Shown here one piece after another: positions 40,301-51,814 of a DNA stretch of 64,000 bases. The position numbers and the translations under genes were made by a program. Source of the DNA: Macrostomum hystrix (Eukaryota; Animalia; Platyhelminthes); assembly GCA_950097015.1 (NCBI GenBank), contig CATNEN010000039.1, forward strand, positions 3,472,001 through 3,536,000, given 5' to 3'. The first letter of the stretch is position 1; each line of letters begins with the position of its first letter. The notes beneath the pieces were generated by a model. That model was not told the origin of the DNA. It ran no database searches and worked only from the letters and a program-made list of their open reading frames with translations.

Positions 40301-40785
40301 AGGGAGACAGAAGATGCTATGGGGGAGACAGAGGATGCAATGGGGGGAGACAGAGGATGCAGTGGGATGGAAGTTAGGTTTTGAAGCAATAATTTTTCGA
40401 ATCCAAAATCCCAGTTTCGCCCCCATCACACAGTGCATCATCCGGGACTTGCTCCGCTCACCTGAATCCATGGTGACAGCCAGTAGCCGATGGCCTCCAG
40501 GTAGGGCACCACGTAGCAACCGACTTCACCGAGCTTCATGGGATCCAGATCCCAGTAGACGGAGGTGTACAGGTAGGTGGCTGCGAACACCAGGTTAATT
40601 AAGTCGGCGATGGCCAGAGCTGAGAAAAGGATTGATGTGGTCTTTTGAAAAACCTTGTAGCGCACAATGACGAGCAGGTTCAAAGCAGTGCCGCAGAATC
40701 CAATGAGCAGTAGCAGAGGCATGAACCAGGACATGAAGTAGCGCTTGAACTGGTAGAACGAGTCTTTTGGCGCTGAATCCGACAT
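34348..40785 (-). CDS. Divergent rhodopsin-class (peptide-receptor-like) GPCR, about 495 aa, 3 coding exons
   Basis: Exons 40785-40462, 35644-35217 and 35083-34348 total 1488 nt in frame. Seven hydrophobic segments; LAIADL in TM2, ISFHRMLAIRFPL at the end of TM3, EKRVTQML before TM6, NNSTNWIFFLLSGRKFR in TM7/helix 8. Confidence 0.85.
35680..36415. repeat. 20-bp minisatellite (tgactcagctaactgaagga), GPCR intron 1
   Basis: Direct tandem repeat. Confidence 0.95.
36868..38135. repeat. 42-bp minisatellite grading into its 21-bp monomer, GPCR intron 1
   Basis: ttgaaacaggtagcgttccttaataaacatgtaatattcccc units followed by catcaaacaggtaatgttacc units. Confidence 0.95.
38830..39330. repeat. Purine-rich tract with a 19-bp core (aggcggagagagagggtag)
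   Basis: Tandem core at 39000-39210 inside GA-rich sequence. Confidence 0.85.
39685..40365. repeat. 21-bp minisatellite (acagaggatgcagtgRgggag), GPCR intron 1
   Basis: Direct tandem repeat; the same unit also occurs at 38138-38160 and 41085-41195. Confidence 0.95.
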
Positions 40786-41084
40786 TGTCTTTCCCGCAGC
40801 TGATTTTGCTTTCACTCGAAACGTCTAGATCCTTCTATCTCAATACGATCTAATACACTTGCTATCGATCTTCTTTAGAAGTGTTAGTCTACAGTGAGGG
40901 AATAATTCTACGCGTTTATATTATTCCCGCATGCTTCTCATTGGACGCCCAGCAAATGGCCAATCACTATGCTGGAAATAGGCGCTTTTGAGAGTATTGA
41001 ATTACCGCCTACCGTTTTCTCTACTTTTAATCTTTGCTTTTGAAGATCAAAATGCTTTAAAGACAGTCTAGGGTGCGGTGGGCG

Positions 41085-41195
41085 AGACAGGGAAGCAGTG
41101 GGGGAGAAATAAGATGCAGTGAGGGAGACAGAGGAGGCAGTGAGGGAGACAGGATGCAGTGAGGGAGACAGAGGATGCAGTGAGGGAGACAGAGG
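41085..41195. repeat. Short array of the same 21-bp unit upstream of the GPCR
   Basis: gatgcagtgagggagacaga copies. Confidence 0.8.
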
Positions 41196-42879
41196 ACGGC
41201 AGTGCAAGCGACAGTCGATGGTCAAATGTGATTCCATGCTTGAGTCTACTCAACCCGGCCTGCTCAAGTGATAACGAGTTCGGTTGAGTCGCTTCAAAGT
41301 CGCAGTCTCCATTCCAATCGAGCGTGCAGAGTCGCCAGGTGCGGACTCTGGCGTGGACTACTCGGAGCCGCAGCCCACTCGCCCAATTACCCGGGATTCC
41401 GCAGGTGGCTTTTTAGACGTTTTTTGTGGCACTTTCGCAATCCTCTCGCAATTTTCTCTTTCTTATTTTCTCTTTTTTTTGTCTTTGCTCTTTGTACAAA
41501 AAACCACACTGAGCGGGCTAAGCTTGTGAAGTCGACTAACTGGGAAGGGAGTCTGAGATACGGATAAGAAAGAAATTGCAGAATAAAATGAGAGATTCAT
41601 CCTAGTGGAGTGGCACAAAGCTGCGCTATCTCCAGTCCATCAGACTCGCGCTCTCCACAGCACTACTCACAATTTGAGCATTCAGTCACTAGGGTCTTTT
41701 TCCTTTAACTTCCCTCTTCTTTCTCTGTCCTGGCTTGTCCTGTCCTGTCCTGTCCTGTCCTGTTAAGGTTCGTTAGGTTCGTTTAAGACAATTTTTTGCA
41801 CAAGCTGACTCATTGTTGTGGATTTACTTACACTCCTTACTGGCATGACTCATGCGCCGTGGTCTATTTTTAGCTATTTAGAATATACCCGAAGCCAATA
41901 AGAGTTCGCGACCTTGAAGCACGCACAGTGTGCATGATATCTTCATATTCACTATTAAAAATCCCATATAAAACACACCTGTCTCATGACTTTACAAGGG
42001 CAATAGTCAAAGCAAAGCTAGAGCAGAGATGAAAGAATAAAACTAATAGCATAGATGTGATGAGGATAAAAGTTTCTTATCTAATATTCAGCTACGACAA
42101 GTGTTCAGTTAGACAACTGAATCCGTCTCAGAGCCCTGATCAGGGTACAGCACAGACACAGACACGACACAATAAGTGAGATGGACTAGGTCACTGTCTA
42201 CCTATTCTGCAGCCTCAGTCTCATCCTAATTTTCTGCCAGAATCTTCTTTGAAGCAGCACTTCACAGAGTGCGTGTGGGTGAGAGGGCTTTGTAAAGTAA
42301 CAAAAAAGTGTTGCTATATCAGACCTTCATCTTTCATCTCGCTGCCAAATCATGGGATCATGGCAAAGCCGCAGAGTTGAATACACTTTACATCACACCA
42401 ATGCAAAGAGCGACTGATTAACAAGATTAGGGCATCGCTATAGTGCCACTGGCCCTGTATAGTCTTCAAAGAATAACCCCTGTAGCCCTTTATGCCAGAA
42501 AATTTTAATAATGCATGCAGTGAAGTGTAGGGTAACGTTAACTATATTAGTAATAAGCATTTACGAATTAAACATAACCAACTGTACATTCGTTTACATG
42601 GCCTCAAGAACTCTCTACTGATCAGCAGCTCTATCTGGCTCCAAAAACACGGTATTCGGGCTTATAGAGGATAATGAAATTTTTCCGAATGCGTGCTTAG
42701 TGACAGCAGCAGCTGCAATGCGGAAAACACGAGGGCCAATTAAACAGGTACGAGTATATGGGGTATGACCACTTTACTCGGGAAGAATGCAATATTCCTC
42801 AGGCCAGAGGCAGCTGAAAGCTGTTAAATTTAATACGGGAAGAGCTGCGTCTGCTGAAGATTTCGCGGATTTAGATTTT

Positions 42880-43940
42880 GGGAAATGTGAATACAGGTTA
42901 GGAAATGGGATTACAGGTTGTGAAACGGGACTACATGTTGGGAAATGGGACTACAGGTTTGGAAATGGGATTACAGGTTGGGGAATGGGACTACAGGTTA
43001 GAAAATGGGATTATAGGTTGGGAAATGGGACTACAGGTTGTGAAATGGGACTACATGTTGGGAAATGGGACTACAGGTTGGGAAATGGGTCTACGTGCAT
43101 GTTGGGAAATGGGATTACAGGTTGGGAAATGGGATTACAATTTGGGGAATGGGACTACAGGTTAGAAAATGGGATTATAGGTTGGGAAATGGGACTACAG
43201 GTTGGGAAATGGGACAAAATGTCGGGAAATGGGACAACATATTTGGAAATGGGACTACAGGATGGGAAATGGGACTACAGGTTGGGAAATGGGACAAAAT
43301 GTCGGGAAATGGGACAACTATTTGGAAATGGGACTACAGGATGGGAAATGGGACTACAGGTTGGGAAATGGGACAAAATGTCGGGAAATGGGACAACATA
43401 TTTGGAAATGGGACTACAGGATGGGAAATGGGACTACAGGTTGGGAAATGGGACAAAATGTTGGGAAATGGGACTACAGGTTGGGAAATGGGACAACATA
43501 TTGGGGAATGGGACTACAGGATGGGAAATGGGACTACAGGTTGGGAAACGGGATTACAGGTTGGGAAATGGGACTACATGTTGGGAAACGGGATTACAGG
43601 TTGGGAAACGGGATTACAGTTTGGGAAATGTGATTACAGGTTGGGAAATGGGACTACATATTGGGGAATGGGACTACAGGATGGGAAATGGGACTACAGG
43701 TTGGGAAACGGGATTACAGGTTGGGAAATGGGACTACATGTTGGGAAACGGGATTACAGGTTGGGAAACGGGATTACAGTTTGGGAAATGTGATTACAGG
43801 TTGGGAAATGGGACTACATGTTGGGAAACGGGATTACAGGTTGGGAAACGGGATTAAAGTTTGGGAAATGTGATTACAGGTCGGGAAATGGGATTACATG
43901 TTGGCAAACGGGATTACAGGTTGGGAAATGGGACTAGGCC
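42880..43940. repeat. 20-bp minisatellite (ttgggaaatgggactacagg)
   Basis: About 50 variant copies. Confidence 0.94.
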
Positions 43941-45472
43941 TACATTTTCGGAAATCGGTCATTACAGGCGTGTAAAACACAGGATTTAAGGTTTACGGAA
44001 TTTTAAGTTGAATTACAGGTGGGTAGACATATTAGGGTTGTACAATCGGAAGAAAGCTGGATTACATTTTTTATTTATGTGATTACTGTTTTGTGCGATT
44101 TCCAGATTAAGTGGAAATCTGGGGCAATTTATTAATTGATTGATCGGCAAACTGAAGCAGAGATGGAAAAAATCAATTTGCTATAGTAAACTTTAGTTAA
44201 TAGTTTAATAGCTAAACCGACTTCAGCTCGGTTCATTGCTAAGTCCACCTAGTTCGTAATCAGTTTTCTTAGCACTAAACTGAGCAGGCTAATTATTCTG
44301 TGTTAAGTGTTATTAAATAACATGGCAATTTTGTTGGTTTTAAAAATGCCAAGAAACTGACACGAAAAACGCGTGCTTTAATGCCCAAATCTAATCTCTT
44401 GTCCCAAGCACAAAATGTAGGTCAACCCCTGTGATCTAATGACTCTATAACTCAGTTTCTGAACTGATAGCATGATTTTGCATAAGCTTAGCAATCGAAA
44501 GCACGAATTATTTTACAATTAAAGTAAATATTTCATTTTTTCAAGGGTATATTGAGCCTATAACTTTGAATTTATCAAGCAAAACAAAAAAATCTTTGTG
44601 AATAGACTCTTTCTACTGACATTAGTATTATCATTTTAATTGTAACACGTTTCGAGTACGTTATGCCCTGCATTCTGTAAGCGGCTAACACGTCGAAGGC
44701 AGCGAAAGTCACATCGAGGGAATCAGGAATTGAGGTGGTGCGTCAGGAGAACGATCACAATCTCCTGGGGAATTTATTATAGCCTTAGAACTTCATTTAA
44801 TTTCTGAATTAATTAAAATATGAATTTATCGTTTTGTCAGTTGTATACGGAAAAGCTGACAACTTTGTACTTGTAGTTCTGAGCTCCAAGATCGAATAAT
44901 CCTGAAGTTCTCCTGCTTGTGTTCCGGGGATGAAAAGCCAGACAATTATTTTTTGCCGTTTCCTTCACCTTAACAGGCAGGTTGCATGTGAATTTTGACT
45001 AGCAAACCTGCACTGGAAGTGGCGACCCCTGTTTAATTAAAATAATCTTTGCATTGATGCTATTCCTTCTTTCCTATAGCTTTAGTGTGAATATAAAGTT
45101 TTATTTATTAAAGTTTACAAAAAATTGAAAGAATTAAACAATATTAAAGAAACAAAAGAGAGTTATCTTTTTTGCAAGCACTATATCCACGTTTCTGTTG
45201 CTCACGTTCGTCGGCGAGCTTTTTTCCTGTGCTTAAATGCATGCAGATGTCGGCTTGTGGGGGACATGTCAATACCATGATGCCAACAGAAGACAAATGA
45301 ATTACGCGTTCTTGCATGCGAGCTCAGTATAGGTGAAAATTTCTATTTGGAATGTTGATTGAGTGCTAATATATTTGTATATATATGGTTGACCCCCTTA
45401 AAGCCCTAGAGTCTAAACGCACACCTCGCTCTGAAGAAAAAATGAATGAAGCGCTTGTTGTTCGAGTAAATA

Positions 45473-47041
45473 TACCTTTTTGCGATTGAATTCGTCCAAA
45501 CTGCAAAACCTTTCGTCCACTAACGCTTTCTTAATGGGAGCTAAATTTAGATCATACCATAGACAACCGTGTTCACGCAAAACGGTTCATCCAGTTTGTA
45601 AAACATTTCGTCTAAACCCTTCGTCCAAACAGCTAACAGCTAAACGGAGCGACTTTATTTGATATCACGAGATATTGAACAAAGCAAAAACAGTGTCTCT
45701 TGTTAGAATGTTAGTTCAAAATGTCTTCGTAGTCCAAACAACGGCCGTAGTAACCCACAGTGTGATTGGTCCATTGCTGGCACTTCTCCTGTGTAATCAC
45801 ATGCAGTGCAGCTTCGACCTCTCTCTTCAAAATGTGCATCCGCCAGGCATGCAGAGTCAGGTTCGCAGCAGCAGCAGCTTGCCGATTAGAGAGCTCGTGC
45901 TGAATAGCGGGAACTGACAGTGCCCTCTTCACTGATGCCTTCAGGGAAGACCCTGCGCGCTCAGTTGGGTTGAGATACGGAGAGTACGGTGGCAATTGAT
46001 AGGTGCTGTGTTGCGGTGAAAGTCCAGGGACTTGAAGGTGAGCGCGGGCCCCATCAAAGATCGCCACCCACTCAGCCTCCACCAGGACATCCAGCTCTAC
46101 TAAGAAGTCTGCAAAATTTTGAGCTCGAAAACCTCCTTCCATCAGCGCATAGTGAACAAGTCCCCATTGCGGAGATATGGCCAAGCAGAGAGTCAGGTTT
46201 TGTCCGCGCTGGCCACATACCGTTCTCACCGCAGGCTGGCCTCGATATGCCCATCCTTGAGTTCTCGCCGTCCACAGGTTCAGCCCGAACTCATCGAGAA
46301 AAATCTGGTTCCTGTCGTGTCCTTCGTTCATCATCCACTGTGCGTACTCACATCTCGCCGCCTTCACAACTGGGTCGTTCCAATCAAACGTAATCTGCCT
46401 AGCCAGCTTCAAAGTCACCAGCTGTTTGTCAAGTGCTCGACTTATGGTTGAGACATGAGGAAGTTGACCTTCATTGCCAAGTTGCATCAGATGGTTCCGC
46501 ATCATTTGTAATGTCGCGGACGGGTTTGCCTCGAGGAACTCGATGATTGACTCAATCTGCTGCTCTTGCAGTTTCTTCGGACGGCCACCTGCTGATGGAA
46601 ACTTCTCAATGCGCCCGGTTTGAACGTAGGTGTCGACAATCGTTTTGGCTGTCTTTCTCTTGATCCCAAGGATATCGGCCAGTTGTTTCCAATCGCGGCC
46701 TTCTTCAACAGCCAAGGCTAATCGCCTGCGGTCTTCGTTTGACACTGGATGGTAGGGGCCTCGGTTCATCTTCGACTGTTTTGCCGGGTTCGGAATGGAA
46801 GATAGGCCTATGCGTTGCTGTAGCTTTAGTGGTAGCAAAAGCGAACTGTCAATTGGGTGTTAACTATGGTAGGAACAGTACACTCGGTCTCTAGTCTAGG
46901 GGACGAAATGTTTTACAAACTGGATGAACCGTTTTGCGTGAAAACGGTTGTCTATGGTATGATCTAAATTTAGCTCCCATTAAGAAAGCATTTGTGGACG
47001 AAAGGTTTTGCAGTTTAGACGAATTCAATCGCAAAAAAGTA
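45473..47041 (-). mobile_element. Autonomous-looking Tc1/IS630-like DNA transposon, about 1.57 kb
   Basis: About 140-bp terminal inverted repeats (45473-45612 and 46902-47041) with 5 mismatches by manual alignment, flanked by TA on both sides, enclosing one transposase ORF. Confidence 0.93.
45711..46769 (-). CDS. Intact IS630/Tc1/mariner DDE transposase, about 352 aa from ATG 46769, DD30E spacing
   Basis: Uninterrupted ORF with an N-terminal HTH region and GGRPKKL linker. Catalytic motifs IFLDE, IFDGARAH and LPPYSPYLNPTE. Confidence 0.92.
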   Translation of the reverse strand: MNRGPYHPVSNEDRRRLALAVEEGRDWKQLADILGIKRKTAKTIVDTYVQTGRIEKFPSAGGRPKKLQEQQIESIIEFLEANPSATLQMMRNHLMQLGNEGQLPHVSTISRALDKQLVTLKLARQITFDWNDPVVKAARCEYAQWMMNEGHDRNQIFLDEFGLNLWTARTQGWAYRGQPAVRTVCGQRGQNLTLCLAISPQWGLVHYALMEGGFRAQNFADFLVELDVLVEAEWVAIFDGARAHLQVPGLSPQHSTYQLPPYSPYLNPTERAGSSLKASVKRALSVPAIQHELSNRQAAAAANLTLHAWRMHILKREVEAALHVITQEKCQQWTNHTVGYYGRCLDYEDILN

Positions 47042-47568
47042 TAGTATTATTTTATCATATAAGATAAAAAATTCTAACAAAAATCCTTTCACACATAAAA
47101 TCATAGACGAAAATGTCAGAATTCGATAACTTAGGAAAATTCATTGTTTTACAGCGTTAAGTTTGTGGAATCTTTTTTAAATGACTATCTTCTTGAATTT
47201 AAATACAAGCATGTTGTGTATTTCGTTCCTAATGTTCTAAAATATTTTAATATTCAATTATTTCCTATTTTATATTTAATTGCAGTCTTTAAATAAGGAC
47301 ATAGGAGCGATTTGTAAAGTTGCCTTTAAAACTCCAGTGACAACTTAACCCTAAACAACAGCTGTATAAAAATAGTTGTGAAATGAGATTTGAGACGGCT
47401 CAAATTAAGTTTTATTTCTTATAGGCCCCTTGTACAAATTATAAACATTTTAGAATTGATATTTATCAGAACAGTAAAAACATAAGCCTATACTTTTTAT
47501 CATGTATAGAAACCTACAAATCATGGTCACTATTTAGGTCAATTTTCTTATTAAAAGATATGTGTGAG

Positions 47569-47930
47569 TGTGACTTTCGCCACATGTTAAACAACATGTT
47601 ATTCTGCATATTAAACTGCATGTTAGTCGCCTTAATAATCAGTAGTCAGTAATATGTCAGCCAGTTGTATTTATAGTGTGTGGGCCGGGCCATACTGCAC
47701 ATTTATCAGTATATTAATTTCTGTCACAATGGTAGGCCTAGTAGTGGATAAAAATAAGACTTGTTGTTTTTTTCTTCTAAAGTATAATAAATTTTGCATT
47801 ACTGCCTAAATTGGTTTAAATATTAAACATTTTTATATCTGGTTAATCAGAGTTTGGTTGGCTATTGCAGAGTTCTATTGCAAAGATGTAACCACATTTC
47901 AATCCAGTTTAACATGCTGCGAAAGTCACA
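47569..47930. mobile_element. Probable MITE
   Basis: Imperfect TIR TGTGACTTTCGC.ACATGTTAAAC / GTTTAACATG..GCGAAAGTCACA; no clean TSD. Confidence 0.55.
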
Positions 47931-47943
47931 TATATATCAAAAG

Positions 47944-49109
47944 GGTTAACAGTTGTTTCGTCTGCTGCCTTTTTGTCTGCAGCCAGTTCGTCTGCCAATA
48001 TACAATATGGTCGTTTCGTCTGCCCTAGTCCTATGTTCAGTTTACTATATATAATATGAATATTTTATGTACATCTTTTTACTTTACTAGGGCCTAACAC
48101 TATTGCACGAACATAGTGAAACAAATAGGCCTATTTCAATAGATATTCCATAATTTTCTATACTTTTTGTTATAATGTTGCACATTTTTATCAGTTATGT
48201 TCATAGCATTATTGTATTGCGGATTGAGTTGAGCCGATGCAACACATGAGCCAAAGCATGGACGAGGGTATATAAAACTGCACCCCCCATATAGTGTGGG
48301 TGGGTAAGCAGCAAGAGATAAGGGGAGTGGGTGGATAACACCTATTACACAATAGGCCCTTACAAGAGCCGCTGTGTAATGGAGACATGTATATAAAGTA
48401 TATTAAATATATAATTGTTAATGCCAATGAATTTTAAGTTGAATAATTTGAACTATGTTGCATATGCTGCGCATAGGTACATGTGTCCATGGTGAAAAAA
48501 TTACCTATTACGTTAGGAGTACGATGTTTGCTTGTGGGAAGTTTGCTTGCCAAAGTTTGCTTGCAGGAATTTAGCTTGCTGAGCTTTGCTTGCCGAAGTT
48601 TGCTTGTGGATGTCTTCTTGCCAAAGTTTGCTTGCCAAAATTTGCTTGCGGATGTCTTCTTGCCAAAGTTTTCTTGCTGAGCTTTGCTTGCAGGAAGTTT
48701 GCTTGCGACACATTAGCTTGCCAAACTTTGCTTATGGAATTTTGCTTGCTGACCTTTGCTTGCAGACTTCCGCAAGCAAACTTCCACAAGCAAACTTCCT
48801 GCAAGCAAACTTCAGCAAGCAAAATTCTTGCAAGCAAATTTCATAGACCCATTAGGTCACTTGAAAATAACTTGCATCTGTGCATCAAAAGTATTATATA
48901 GGTTTGTGTTTTGGAGAAAATTAAAGAAAAACTAAATTTATTTATATAAATACAAAAATATGCTTAAAAATTGCCTCTACTAATTTATTTTGATACCTTG
49001 CATGAAAAATAGTGAATAAATAAACCAAAAAACCATAAGTAAAATGGCCTTTTTGTCTGCCAAAATACTACAGCATATAAAAAGGTGGCAGACAAAACAA
49101 CTGCACACC
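47944..49109. mobile_element. Non-autonomous MULE-like element, about 1.17 kb, hosting a nested MITE
   Basis: Imperfect TIR ggttaacagttgtttcgtctgc / gcagacaaaacaactgcacacc; flanking direct repeat ATCAAAAG (47936-47943 and 49110-49117). Confidence 0.68.
48516..48850. mobile_element. Foldback/MULE-like MITE made of inverted tttgcttgc arrays
   Basis: tttgcttgc repeats invert to gcaagcaaa near 48770; degenerate 9-bp TSD attacgtta / attaggtca. Confidence 0.62.
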
Positions 49110-50434
49110 ATCAAAAGTAACGAAGGCTTATTTATATAATTATAATGTCATGTCATTGTACACATCTAATATTAGACTAGACTAATAGTTTAGATTAGAC
49201 TAGCCTTATTTATTCTAAAACACTGTATGGGCCTATTGCATACATTTCATTTGTTACTGTTACAGGTTACTACAAAAATAGGAATTTCAATCATCTAACA
49301 TTTTGAAGTCTGCATTTTATACTATTAAAGGCAGTGGCTAGAGATCTGGTAGTGCTGGACCCCTGCATACAATGGATAGAGATCTGGTAGATTGTATTTG
49401 CTGCAACTATATACAAAATGAAATGAGAGCTTTTGGCACTTTAAAAAGAAACTGATAGCTGTTTTGGTATCACTATACATAATAAGGCTTTTGAAAGTGT
49501 CTAACATAATTATGCAGGTTCATAGACACTTTGTCATCTGCTTTTCCATTATTTTGCACTTTTGTCATCAACTTTTTAGATTGGACACTTCATCATCTAG
49601 CCAATTGGCAAATCTTACCGTTAAAGTTAGGTTTCTTTGTCAACCATCTATAGGAACTGTTGATTTGATTTATAGTTGCCAATATGTACAGTTATATGGA
49701 AAACTGAGGGCAAACTGTGAGCGTTTGAGTTCAAGGCAATCACAAATGTTTAAATTCATCAAATTTAAATTCATAACAAAAAATGGATTGTTATAATGCC
49801 ACACAGTTGGTACAATTGTAGACAGACAGTGGAAATCTAAGTAAATCTAAGCAATGAAGTAAATAACTAAATGACTAGACTACTGATTATTGAGATGGTC
49901 AATTTGAAACTGAAAAAAATTTCGAATTTTGTGCAATGCACAAAGGCAGTAGTTAAACAACAATGACTAGCATTGGCTGGACATGTACCCTGTCTTTAAT
50001 TATAGAGATGTCAAAATGTCAACAAGTCTTTGTCACTATCTCATCCACCCTCTTAGACCCAGCACAATTTGTCATCCAGGTGATAAAAAATCAGATGACA
50101 AGGTGTCCAGGAACCAATTATGCACACATGATGTTGGCATCCTTCACAGAAGGTATGTTCTGTGGTTAGCATACAAAATGTTCTATCCATATTTTCTAAA
50201 CAAAACTTCTTTGCAATGTTAAAACATTAAGACTTAAGACTTAAGACTTAATGAAATTTCACTTGTCTTATCTGATTTTTGGAAAAATTTTGCATTTGGG
50301 GCTAGAACTTACTTAAGAATCAAGAAAAAGCCATTTAACATTGGGGTCTGGTGTATAACTAGACAACATTACACTATACACAATTTTTGACAATGTTAAC
50401 TGGTTGGCGAAGTGACTAACAATGTGAGGTTATT

Positions 50435-50650
50435 TCGTCAACTGGCCAATGAGGCGGCCTCAAACCTTGGTCACTTCGTCAACTGACCAATGAGGCGGCC
50501 TCAAACCTTGGTCACTTCGTCAACTGGCCAATGAGCGGCCTCAAACCTTGGTCACTTTGTCAACTGGCCAATGAGGCGGCCTCAAACCTTGGTCACTTCG
50601 TCAACTGCCAGTAAGTCCACCCTTAAATGTTGGTCACTTCGTCAACCAAG
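50435..50650. repeat. 41-bp tandem repeat (tcgtcaactggccaatgaggcggcctcaaaccttggtcact), 4-5 copies, probably inside a MULE remnant
   Basis: Direct repeats with an internal palindrome tgaggcggcctca, followed by a gttgacaaaatg..ctagcaccc terminus-like sequence. Confidence 0.75.
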
Positions 50651-51814
50651 TTGACAAAATGGCAGTTGACAAAATGACTAGCACCCAGATAATCATGAAT
50701 CAGAAGCTTTAATATGCTTATTTACATTTACATATATTTTCAATGTTATTTTCATAAAAAGCATTTGCTATCATTCATTAGTAGTTTGAGTTTCCTTTTA
50801 AGTCAGCTCAGTAACTCTCATTTTTTATTAAAGCACTAGTTTCTAAATTAAATGGGATTTCAGACTTCTGGACAGCTGATTAAAAAAAATTAGGGTCATT
50901 TTGAAAGCATCTTGCATCTATGCCAAGACAAGCAAGGTTAGTGTACAAGGCCATATCTTTTGTTAACTCAGCACTGCAGTGCATGCAGGCACGCCCGCAC
51001 CAAAATTGCTGCATATTCACACTCCTAAGCAGGCAGGCTGTATCTTGTGCACTGACTCATCTTAATTAATTAAATCATAATTTATTTGGTAAATTTTTGA
51101 TATTTTTGATATATTTTTGATCCCAGTTCATAATCCCTGAAGTATTTTTGATGCAATCCAAAAAATGTTTAGTTTGTCTCAGCAATTTGAAAATATACTA
51201 AATTCATAAAATATACTTATTGGGCACATTTTCTACACTTCTAAACTTCAATACACTTTTTACATAATGCTAAAAGCACTTAATTGTAATAATTTATTAT
51301 TTGCAGACATTTAGATTTTTAGCTAAATTCACCTTTTAGTGCACAAGCATTTCAGAAACTTTTTTGTGACTGTAAACATAAAAGTTAATCGTTGGTTATT
51401 GGAGTTGGTTATTATAGAACTTAAAATAAAAGTTGTAAGTTATAAAATAATTTGCCTTTTATGCTAATTTCTTTTTTATTTGCCAAAACTGCACACTTTT
51501 GCTGCTTTCTGTTGTTAAAAAATAGTTGTATTTGAATAAAGTACCAAGTTGCAAAGACCAAATATTTTGCTTACTAAACACTAAATACCATTAAAGCAAG
51601 TATCAATTTTCTTAACATAGTAGATTATATGTTGTTGCATCAACTTACTTTGATGCACAGGTATCTGGTCAATTATTTTTCATTTTCTTTATTTTTCAGG
51701 ATTTCTTAACCTTGCAACTCCAATGTAATTGCTGACCTGCCTTAACTCTGTTGCAGTGAACACTTCAAAAAGCCTTCATTTCTGAATCGCTAAGTTGGAG
51801 TACAAGAGTCATAG

